From NCBI GenBank assembly GCA_964057225.1, contig OZ059896.1, forward strand, positions 16,864,001 to 16,928,000: 64,000 nucleotides of DNA. Direction: 5' to 3'. Shown here piece after piece: positions 41,873 to 53,493 of the stretch. Both the position numbers and the translations under genes were made by a program. A model generated the notes under the pieces. That model did not search any database. It had not been told where the DNA came from and saw nothing but the letters and a program-made list of their open reading frames with translations. Numbering within the stretch: position 1 is the stretch's first letter; each line of letters opens with the position of its first letter. Source of the stretch: Auanema rhodensis. Lineage: Eukaryota; Animalia; Nematoda.

Positions 41873-43015
41873 GCTCTCGGTCTCTCTCTCGCTCTTTCTT
41901 TCTCTTTTTTTACTTTCATTCTACGGTATAAGTCATTTCAGCCTGTCATGATATTACCTTTAGGCCGTTCAACCTGAAGAAGAAAAAATATATTTTTTGG
42001 AAAATGCTCAAAATTCTTCGTTTTTCTTGAATTCAACATTTCCACCCTCTGAGCCCCTCCTCATTTTTCTCTTCCCATCTCTCTATTTCTCTTTTTCTCT
42101 CTTAATATCCATACATAAACCTCGTTATCCTATTGCCTTTCTATCAAACCCTATTTTTCTCTATGCTCTAATTATTCATGATATTAATACGCTCTAGTGA
42201 ATTATAACCTTTTAATATGAAAACTAGACGTCATTATTAGTTTATTTAAATTTTCAAATTTTATCAGTTCTCTACAACTTTGACATACTCATGAAATCAA
42301 ATTTAGCTTTAGCTACCACTTTCCCAATTTAACATTTGGTAATTTTGGAAGAAATATAGACCAAAATCCACAATTCCTGTCATGCAACGATTAGCTAGAG
42401 CAATATCACTTAATATATTTAGATATAAACGCAAATTATCAGAACCAAACATCATTTGTCACTGATTCTTCTAAATATTTTTTCCGGCAAAAGTTTTTTG
42501 GATTTTTTTCTCTTCTTTTCTCTCCGCCCTCATATCAATTTTAATAATTTTTTGTCGTCTCAATAGATGATATGATGCTGAAACATATTTTGGCTATTTA
42601 CATAATATAGCTTATAATATGCTTTAATTTTTCTTCAATATTTAGATACATGGAATTTTTTTTTATATTTTCTTTTGGTTCATTGCACAGATTTTTTTTT
42701 CAACCAACTATTTCTGATCATGTTTCAATCTCTTTTTGTCAGTTTAGGTCATATTCTTTTCTCTTTTTGAGTTGTTTACGGACATAAGAGCAAACTAATT
42801 CTCAACTAATTGGTCCCGAAGTGGGGCTGATCCTCCCACAGATATACTGTACTTGATTCTTTTTATACCTATCTCTTCATCTTTATATATCCAATTGTTT
42901 CTAAGCTCAAAAAAAATCAGAAAAAGTTCCCTTTGCACTTGTATATGCATAGTTACATACATTTGCACCTTTGATTTGCCTCTCTCTCTTTTCCGCTTTG
43001 TAACTCTCTTTCCCC

Positions 43016-43026
43016 CTCTCTCTCTC

Positions 43027-43117
<91 letters not shown>
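43016..43117 (+). repeat. Imperfect (TC)n microsatellite upstream of the second GPCR
   Basis: Read directly. Confidence 0.95.
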
Positions 43118-43718
43118 TTCGTTATAACTCATTTCCATCTCTCTCTTCATAGAACTGTACCCATATTAGCCCGGATCAAATTGAGAAATCTAGAAAGAGC
43201 ATTTCATTCATAATGACATTTTACAAGAAAATGTTCTTTGATTCAAAGATTTATGAGTTTTTCCATTAAATCATATGCTAAATTATAATTTACAAATTTC
43301 TTTATTCCACTGAATTTACAGATCAAATAACTACATGTAGATAATGACTATTTATATTCACCTAGGCTTTTGCTGTCACCTCGTCCTAAATGTCTTCAGA
43401 TGACCCATGAGTATTTTAGAAAATTTCGTTTAGAAGACATTATGTAATAATCGTCATATTAAATGAAAAAAGTTGTAAAAATACAAAATATGATGATCTC
43501 TGATAAGAAATTTAATTGTGAATTGATTTTTATTTTTACTTATGTATATATATATTTTCCTTATATGTTATAAACATACGTAGATCACTGTTTGCTAGTG
43601 TTTCTATGATCCCACGAGATCTTCTATAACTAATTTCATATATAACTTAACTCATTTATACTCTTCACTGTTTCTATCTCTGTATAATTTACTTTTAAGA
43701 GTTTGATATCATCCAACA

Positions 43719-44631
43719 ATGGTATTAAGAATGATTAGATGGGAAAACAAATTTTCTATGGGGATGAATCTGCTGATTGTTCTACTGCTTGGGCCATATT
43801 TTCTGTAAGCTTTTAAATAAATAAGACAATAGTATACATGTTTAAATATTTTACAACAAAATTCTTTCATTTAAAACTTAAAACAAGCTTCTATTTTTCA
43901 GAACAAACGTAGACGGAAGAAAAATGAAACCTAGGTAAGTTTCTTAGAAAAAAAAACAATTTTTTTTCGGATTTTACAAAACAAAACAATATTGTATAAA
44001 AAAATAATTAAGAATATTTCTACTATTAATTTTCTTCATTCAAACTAAAATAATGAGGTTTATCCAAATAATTTTGTAAATATGATGAGCTTTATGTTGA
44101 AAAGACATTGTAAAAGTTTGTTTATAAAAAGTAAATATATTTAATCTTTGGTATTTTTGCATACAAATTATAATTTCACAGTCTTCGACCTACTCTTTCT
44201 AGCCATCGTTCTTCGTTTTCCTACTCATCTGTATTTCTTTGGAAAATGACCTTATTTCAAAAGAAAATAAAGAAAATGAAGCAAGCAACAAAGGAAATTT
44301 AAAGCAGAAAATGATGATGAACAGTGATGCTGATGATGATGTACTATGTATTTCGTTATTGTTCATCTGTTCTGATTTACATCGTCAATATCGTCTCTAT
44401 GTGTATACGATGTTGAGGGTAAAACATGAATATGGCCTTCCAGTAGAAAAGGAGAAGCTGAAGATGCAGCACAACTTGGTCCCCTTTTCTATTTCCAGCT
44501 TTTTGAGTAAAATTTTTTCGCCTCTTAACTATAAGAATTTATTCTTGCTGAAAAAGTAGAAATAGAGAAATGAAAAAAAATGAAAGAAGAATGTACAAAG
44601 AGTGAAACCATGACTAGATATGTGCGAGAAA

Positions 44632-44662
<31 letters not shown>

Positions 44663-47600
44663 AATGCATTAGATAGAAGGAGAAAAAAAGTAGAGAGAGT
44701 TAAGATTTGAGAGAGAATATTCTCTGAATAATAAGAAATATAATAAGGAAATACTTTACTAATATCAGAGTGCTCATTGAATGAATTAGAATGGACAGTC
44801 TCATGTAAAGATCTTTTGTGTGAAATCTATTTAGTCAGATTAACATCTTCACCTTCTACTGCATTTTTCATTAGATACTTTTACATTTCGTTGCAATATG
44901 CTGTTGGTCCTTTTTCTTCTTCTTCTTCTTCTCGTCGTCGTCTACTTCTTCATGCTGCTCCTGCTGCTGCTTCTTCTGCCTCTCTTCTTTTCTTCCCCAT
45001 CTTATATATCCTACCAGTCACAAGCTTTAAAGCTTCATGATGAAGCCAAGCTTTGGTCATCGCAGGAGAAGAGCTCTTGCTTAAGCAACATCCAGACCAC
45101 AAGGCGAGCCATCAACTGTTTTCTCGCTTCTCAACAATTTTTTTCTTTCTTTGCCCACTTTTTCGTTTGTCCTCTCATAACCTTTGCAATGACACTGAGT
45201 ACTCCACTCAGCACCAGCTTTACCTGCTTCTTTCCGAAGAAGATCAAACGTTAATATCCCTCTCCATGCGTTTTTGTGCTCCTCAAAAAATCATCTTCAG
45301 CTCAAAAATGCAAAAATACGTTTTCAACTTATAGCTCCATTAGCTTTTTCACTTCTTCACAATGTGTCCTTCCAGAAAGCTAGTGTAGCTTCTAGTTTAA
45401 ATATAGTCCAATGTTCAGAAATTCCCTCATGGAATCTGATATCTTCTAGTTGAAGTTTTTTTAGTCTAATGCTTAATTAGGCAAACATATCTATTTAAAG
45501 CATTTCAAGAATATTGTTCAAATCCATTATGTAGAAATGAACAAAAATTATAATTTTTTAATTATTCTAAAAAAAACTGTAATAAGTTCAAGTTTAAGTT
45601 TAAGTTTAAGTTTAAGTTTACTTATTATACGTTTTATATTTATTTTTTTAATAAATTTACATCATTTTTATATGTAAATAATATAAAAGGAAAATATTTG
45701 GTTAGAAAAATTAGATATTCCTCATGTTTGATATATCAATATGCATAGCTATTCACACATTTATTAATCAAGTATCTTTTCCTCCTTTTATATTGTTATA
45801 CGTATATAGATATATTGTCATCAAAAGCCATCTTATACACCTTATATCATGTTTTCTTTCTTAATTTTTTTTATAATTCATATAAATCTTCAATTAACTA
45901 AATATATATATATATATATATATTTGAAGCTTAGATCACAATATATGCATATTGACTGTCTCCATATCTACCTCCTGTTTCTAAACATCATAGCTAATTG
46001 TATTTATTTTATAGGTTAACCTCTAAAATATACGAGAAAAGTAGAAATATTCTTTAAGCAATCAGTAATCTTTCCAAACAAAAACATATTTTAAAAGGAA
46101 AGAATAAACTGTTTTCAACTTATAATAAACTAAAAACATCTGTAAAGCTGGACAATCTTTGAAGCCGTTTCATAAGGAAACAATGAATTTTTTCAGTATA
46201 AATTACACGGGTAATATGGAATATGATATGATGAATTTCGTTCGTCAGAAAGGAGTAAGTTTGAATTCAATTTTATATTTTACTTTCATTTATAATGTTT
46301 ATGCCAAAATCTTTGTATTGGATGTTAACATAACAGCTTGAGAGGTAGTGAGGAAGAGTGGACATTATTGAAAATCTACAGAGAGAACAAGAGAGAGAAA
46401 CAGAGATAGTTGTGTTAATGATAATGTGTACAAGTCTTTCGATCTTTTTTTTGCATAACAATCTCAGACTGTCATTGATATTATAAGATAGAGAGAAAGC
46501 CAACATTCAATTTGCACTTTTCTATCTGTCTGCGCGTACTTATCCTTTTGTTTCATTTTGATATAAAAATCTTTTTTCTACTCTAAGAACATATAATGAA
46601 TAGAATTTGGAATAACTTTTCATCATTAGCGGAGAAGCAACGAAAGACCAATAAGAACTCAGAAACTTTTAATCTTTCTCTCTATCTTTCTTTCTCTTAA
46701 GAGTTTAAAAGTCAAAATCTCTTTCCTTCTATTTCTCTCTTCCATTCTACGGAGCAGACCCGGTTAAACTCACCAGTTTGCAGCGCTTACGGATGGTTCA
46801 ATTAAGGAAAAAATTCGTGAATCTGATGAGAAATTGTAATAAAACTTAATGAAAGTTAGATGAGTCTTACCGCCGAACGAAAGATGAGAGGATTCATGGT
46901 CTAGATTGTAATAGACATATCTTTTGCAATGTGATTAACCCAATCGTAAGATGAGATGTTTTAATTATGTTTTTACATGCCACAGAGGGTGGCAGAGGAT
47001 GCACTTCGTTAGCTTGTTACTCTAACTAAGAATCTGATATTCGACTCCAAATCACAATGCTTTGAATTTGAGCAAAAAAGTAGCCAAACAGCACAATTGC
47101 ACTAAGCCTGAAGAGCATATGTGATATGAACATTATAAATACTTCAACCTCTCGAAATGCTGTAGTAAATATGTTGAACTATCCCCCAAAATCAAGATAT
47201 AATGACAGATTGCAAGAAACTAACTAATGGTATACGATTTGCAGATGCTTCATAACTGCACAATGGAACATATCTCCATTTCAAAACAATTTGATACATT
47301 TGCTACAAGATATATCTTGCCATTCTACTTTGTGTTTGGAGCCATAGGAAATGTTCTTAACCTCTGTGTTCTTCTCACAATGAATTCTGAAATGAGTGTG
47401 GTAAGTAAAACGATAGTTCAACTGAGCCGATCTGATTACAACCGTTCAAATAATCATTTATATTCAGAAAAATGAACAAAAGAATGAAAAAAAAGATTTT
47501 TTTTCTTGAATTTTTGTATTTCACGTGGGTGCACGTGACTTGGCAACAGCTATGCTAATTTTCCGCCTCATGTCACCCACATCATTAAATTTTCAAAAAT

Positions 47601-49737
47601 TAGAATATCAAACTAGCAATTTACTTGTTCCAGTAATTTATATTAATAGATATATATAATGTCATTTTTTTTCGATTTAAGGCAAATATTCTGTTTGCTG
47701 GGGTTGCGCTAGCAGATTTAAGTCTTCTTATCACTATGACGACATCAGTAGTAGCTGCATGGCCATACTTTTACACAAAAAATACGATGAGGTAACGATA
47801 TATTGTATATATAAATAGAGATAGATATAAGCTCAATTCTGATGTATATAGTTAAGGAAAAAATAATTTATTTTTCATAAAAAAAAATGATCAAAATTCG
47901 GCCTGAAATTAGTTTTTTCGTTTTCGTAATAGCTATGATTTTGCAAAAAAAAAAGAATATAATTGGAAAAAAACAGATTGCTGCGCGATAAGCACGATGA
48001 TGAATATAGGATTTTTATTTCGCCAGGAAGAAAATAAAATTGAAGTATAAACTAACACAAAAAAAAAGTTTTTTTTAATTGGGGTTTATATATTTTTAAA
48101 TTATATATTCAAATATTTTAGATGGTTTTTCTATCATACACATTTTTTAAATGTAATGTTAGTAAATGTTTTCTTATGTATCTCTTCATGGTTTGTGTCG
48201 GCTATTTCAATCGAAAGGTAGATTATATAACTGATAGATTTTTAAATAATTAGAATAATAATAATAATTATTATTATTATTATTTAATATACTATATAAA
48301 TGTTTGTAAAATTTGAGTTTTTCTTGTAGATATCTTAGTATTCGTGACCCAATACGAATACATCGTCGTCGAAATTACAAATGGAGAGTTCATTTCATGA
48401 TTATTGGAATAATAATTGGCTCTCTGGCATTAAACTGGTATCATCTTTTTGAGTATCGTTATTCATATACAAGAATATGTGGAAACAAATATTTATTTGG
48501 TCTCATTCATTCCTTAGAAGCGGTAACTCAAACACAAATTAGCAAAGCATAAACATTTCGATCGTATTTCAGCTACAGCCTCACTTTCCGGACGTTCCAA
48601 CATGGCTGCTTCGACCAATTTCTATAAGTAAACTGGCTCATGTACTCACCAGAATTACAAATGATATTATTAATGATAGATATAATTTTATAGATGTTCC
48701 TGGCTGTTTTCATACCGATATCCTTAATTGCTGTTCTGAATGTGAGAATAATATACATGTTAAAGAAAAGCCGACGATTAATTGATGCCAGTCAAGACAA
48801 CAACTACAGTAGAGCTGTTTATAGGTTAGCTCTTTTTTAAATATATTCTAAGCAATCATTATAAGTAGTGATAGTAGTAAGCTTTACTACACACACACGC
48901 ACACACAGATACAGATTACTATTTTTTTTTTCAAATTATAAATATCCTACAAAACAATTTTTTTTACAGAAATTCTAGAAGTACGAGTACGGAAGATGCT
49001 CGACAAAGAAGGGATCGTAAAATTACTATTACGGTAGCAACTATTGTTAGTTGTTACATAATAACTCATGTAAGCATAAACTTAAAATAACTCTTCCACT
49101 ATTTAAGAATTGTCTTTCTTCTTTTCTCAGAATAAAACTATTTTTTACATGCTTACAGGCTCCATCCGCAACTCCATTCATAATTGAAATTCTAAATGTT
49201 GACGGTCCAACTTGGATGAAATTCTATGGTAATACAGTTCTTACATATTGGCTATTATGTGGAAAGGTATGATAGTTGCAAAGTTAATACAGATTAAATC
49301 GAACTTGATACTCAGGTAATGAACTTTGTACTCTTCTGCTTGACATCTCGAAGCTTCCGATCACGATTACGTATCTTCTTCAAACTTCGTTGTGATAGGA
49401 TTGTAAGTTCTATTTGAAATAGTTATCAATATTCACTTATTTGTGAAACGATTATAAGAAAAATCCATATTATAGAAGATACGATTCGGTTTGAAAATAG
49501 GGAAGAAGTACTCGAATGTTTCTAATTCCACGGGACGTGTCCAATCATTACGACTGTTGTCCCCGGTACGTGAAGTTTCTTTAACCAATCCAATAGCTCC
49601 GAAAGGTAATCAAGAACATATTTGACTTTATATTTCCATTTTTTATTCAAATTCATCAAATCAAAAAGTTTTACTTTATTCTGACATGCCAAATGAAACG
49701 TTTTTCAGACAAAAAAGGACGAATTCGCTCCGTATAA
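43719..49737 (+). CDS. Class A 7TM GPCR, nematode peptide-receptor-like orphan, probable signal peptide, 14 exons, ~461 aa
   Basis: Exons 43719-43804, 43902-43934, 46197-46254, 47245-47400, 47682-47791, 48122-48217, 48330-48522, 48573-48641, 48694-48824, 48970-49069, 49159-49266, 49316-49402, 49476-49605, 49709-49737 total 1386 nt, open. Motifs: TM1 FGAIGNVLNLCVL; TM2 ALADL; TM3 SAISIERYLSIRDP; TM5 AVFIPISLIAVLNVRI; TM6 RKITITVATIVSCYIITHAPS; TM7 GKVMNFVLFCLTSRSFR. The first three and the last exon are less certain than the 7TM core (47245-49402). Confidence 0.88.
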
Positions 49738-49948
49738 CTATGAACCGATGACGTAAATATTCCTACATTGCGTCCTTCTTCAAAACCTCGCATGAAGCCC
49801 AGTCAAAAAGCAGCTTATTTCTTTTCGTCTTCCTTCTTTTCCATCTTGTTCATCTGACGAACATTGTTTTCTTTTTGTTTGTTTCTTTTCCGTTGACGCA
49901 TATTACATGTAATTTACAGTTCTTTTCTCATATTCAGATATATTATAT

Positions 49949-49981
<33 letters not shown>

Positions 49982-51920
49982 GTCTCTATGTGTCCATTTA
50001 TTATCTATTTTTACTATTATTGTTCAACAACAAGCCGCCATTTAATCAAAAACAATAAGGGTTTTTAGTTTTTATTTTCTCTCCCTAATTCTATTTCTCT
50101 ACCAATTTCATTATTTATTTCAAAACTACAAAATAAATTTATAATAGTTCCCTGCATAGTTTTGTATTTTTCATGTAATTATTTTTATTTCACAATGAAT
50201 TTCTCTCTTTCTTTAACTCTCTCTCTCTCTATTCCTCTCTCTATATCTCTATCTCTTTCTATCTCTCTCTCTGCAACATTTGATATATATATTTTTATAC
50301 AGCCTCATAGGTTTGTCGTCACATTCCATGTTCGTCAATTATTCCACCAATCATATAATCTCCTCCATTAACGATATGCATAATGTAATTCGTGGTACTG
50401 ATCTCCATTCCATATCAAACGTCGTCAAACGTCGTATATTCAGCGAAAAAAAAAAGAAATGTCTATTCTTATAAACGATCATTTTATTCTTTATAAACAA
50501 AGAATTCGCATATGCTGCAACAGACGATTGATGTACTGTATTCTACCCCTCCTCCATACTTACTTTCTAATACAGCTGAGAGACCTCTATAACAGATTAA
50601 TATTGCCAAATTCTTCGAAATTTCTTGTTATTATTTCAATTTCTGTAGATATTTGTCATGAAATTTACTCAACTTGTTTTTCTTAAGTATAAAAAGAAAA
50701 ATAGAAAAGAAACGTAACAACATTTTATTTTGACTCGATCATGAAACATTTTGTTTGTGCAAGAGAGGGTCTTGGGGGATGAAGGGGTATGATGGCCTTA
50801 AACCGAGTTAAGATATCTAAATTATAAGATTTTGCTCGTAGTTTAGTAAATTACTCAAGATTACGAGCATATCCCATACAGTCAAATTAGTTATCTATGC
50901 ATTATTTAGATGGGAAGGGTGACATCTGAAGGCAAGGAACTCGTAGATTAGGGCAGGACAAGGAAAGGTTCGGTTTGCAACGAAGAAACAGGAAACATAG
51001 TGATAATAATTAAAATATTAAAATTTCTTCTGCACAAACTCAACTAAATAATATAACTTCATACAATTAGATGTTTGAGATCAAGGAAGAGTGGTAAAAT
51101 GTAAAACCTTTTGATGAGAGACCAGTCGGTTAAAACTGATACAAAAAAAACGAAAAAAAAAGAATTAGGCACACTTGTATGAAAGAATTAGCAAAGGGTG
51201 AAAAATGATGAGGCTATGTATCAAGAAGAGAGAGAAACATAAAGAGACAAAAAGAGTGAATGAATATACTGTAAATTCAGTAAAACACAACAAGAGGAGC
51301 ACAAACGAGTCAAAAATACAAAAAGTAAAACTATCTAATTCAAAATTACAAAAGATGAAACAAATACCCTTGGACAAAAATACATATTGCAATTATCTAA
51401 GTCTTATTTGGTTATGAGAAGTGAAACTGGATTATATAATGTCAAATAAGACCTTGTATAACTCCATCCCAAATATAAAGGTAGAAAGAAAGTGAGAAGT
51501 AGTAAAATAAATCAAAATGAGAATATGTCATGCAAAAAAGATCTGTAGGAGTAGTATAGTATATGCAAAGTTGATCATGGATTCAAAAATATATGATTAA
51601 ATACCATTTTGATAGCGTTTTCATAAAAAGAACTAATTGGACCAAACAGTTCGTAAGAGATAATTATATAATATATAGAGATAGAGACAAAACAGGGAAA
51701 TACATATACAGCCAGAGGCATTCACAGAAGAACTGCACAAGAGAAAAAATTTTGAAAATAAGAGAAAATATCTTAACATGCCAAATAAATGTTGAGGAAT
51801 GTAGAAGTGAAACTAGTCATGATAAAGGACTTGAGTAAAACCCGAAGACTACGTAGAAAGAGACGGATATTTACAATTGTCTCCTTCTAATAATAACGTA
51901 AAATTTTGATGACCAAATTA

Positions 51921-53493
51921 TTATTCGAAACTTTTTGCCGAATGAGCACTACTTTGAGGAGAAGCAGAGCAACTTGTAGGGGGAGGGGTCAGCAAACCTG
52001 ATGCAGCAGCTGCTTCAACGGAGCATGATGGAGATCTAGGAGGAACTGATGTGTAAGTCTAAAATACAATAAAAATAAATGCTTGTACGGCTTGATAATG
52101 CTCACCCCAACCCCCGAACTCATTAAACCTAGGTGTTTTTCATAGTCGGTGAGCTGACCCATGAAATGGAAGTTAGGAGCTATAGCAGCATTCCGTCGAA
52201 GAACTACGTCATATGCCTCTTCCAATGTACATCTTCAAAGATAAACGGTTAATAGAGCTATTTGAAAGAAATGTGTACCTCCTATTGGCCATTAAATAAG
52301 CTAAGCAGACAGTTACACTTCGTGAGATTCCGGCCAGGCAATGAACAAGACAAGCGTCACCTGAGCTCTCGGCATCATTAATAAAGTTTATGGCTTCTGA
52401 AATAGAAAATTAAAAATAAGAAAAACAATAGATGCTAGATTTACCTGGGAAAAATTGAATGAGATTATGTGAACTATTATCATCAACAGAAATACGTAAA
52501 TATTTGAATCTATCGTTATCCTCCATCTCATTCGGAAGATTAGAGGTAACATTTATTATATGGTGTATTCCATAACTGCAATTCAGAATTTGATAAGCGA
52601 AAAATTAAACTCTGAACTACCTCTCTAAGAGTTCCATATTGCGGGCAGTTTCAGCATTTCCCAAATATAAGTGAGGTAAAATTTGAACAGGGAATATTTG
52701 GCGCTTATCAGCACGAGGCTCGGGTTCAATTCTCAGTGAGCTTAAAAAATCTTGTTAGAGAAGACGTTAAAGCTAATAAAAATAACTGAGCTAAAAAGAA
52801 CTTACTTTAAGTTTAAACATCCAACATCACTCGCAAATCTCTCAGCACCTGTTTTGCTGTTATCACAAAATAAAGAGGGAAAAGAATTCGTCAATGACTC
52901 AATCGGCTCTTCAAAGAAAGAAAATAAAAATAGAAAGAAACAACAAATCTGTACCTTGGAGAATACCGAATAAGAATCCCTCCTTTCTCAACGCTTTTGA
53001 AAGAGCATCAGTCATAGCAGATTCAGTTCCCATCCCTAAAAATAAAAAAATCAATTTCTATTTAGTTTGAAAACTATTTTTGATCAATGCTTCACGTGGA
53101 TTTATATGCGGTATTTCAATATTAGTGTTAAGCAGAGAGCAGATATGTTTTATCAGTTTTACAAATCAAAAAATGAACTGAAAGAAAAGACGCACCGGGA
53201 ATAATAACTACACGAATAGACGTGCTTGTCAATCTTGAGCATACGTTAGACAAAGCTAAGGAACCATGTTGTAACCGGCGAAAGAGGACATTCGGCAACC
53301 GAACTCTGGAATAAAAAGCGTACAAGAGAGACAACAGAAAAGCAAACCTATTTGCACATTTTATAGCAGGTCCACCTAATCGACAGTCAAGTACACAAAC
53401 AGAATCTGGATCTATACGAAGAATATAATCCAAATCAGCTCCTCCAACGCTTTCATCTTGTATGGAAGTTGAGGGTGCCAGAGTCGACACCAT
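51921..53493 (-). CDS. lip-1: Dual-specificity MAP kinase phosphatase (MKP3/DUSP6-like) LIP-1, at least 9 exons, ~357 aa from ATG 53493; possibly extended upstream
   Basis: Exons 53493-53348, 53305-53196, 53035-52955, 52908-52806, 52740-52621, 52575-52445, 52396-52279, 52232-52106, 52058-51921 total 1074 nt. Rhodanese/CH2 motif VLDCR; [15 protein letters not shown]; [17 protein letters not shown]; catalytic [10 protein letters not shown]; [15 protein letters not shown]. The tail [24 protein letters not shown] matches C. elegans LIP-1 as I recall it. Confidence 0.95.

Noticed and set aside
44898-45254. 118-aa ORF with a hydrophobic N-terminus resembling a secreted peptide precursor
   Set aside because: The hydrophobic run comes from CTT/CTG low-complexity DNA; no repeated peptide motifs or dibasic-flanked amidated peptides.
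45585-45620. (TTTAAG)n hexamer repeat resembling a telomere variant
   Set aside because: Does not match TTAGGC; an ordinary AT-rich microsatellite.
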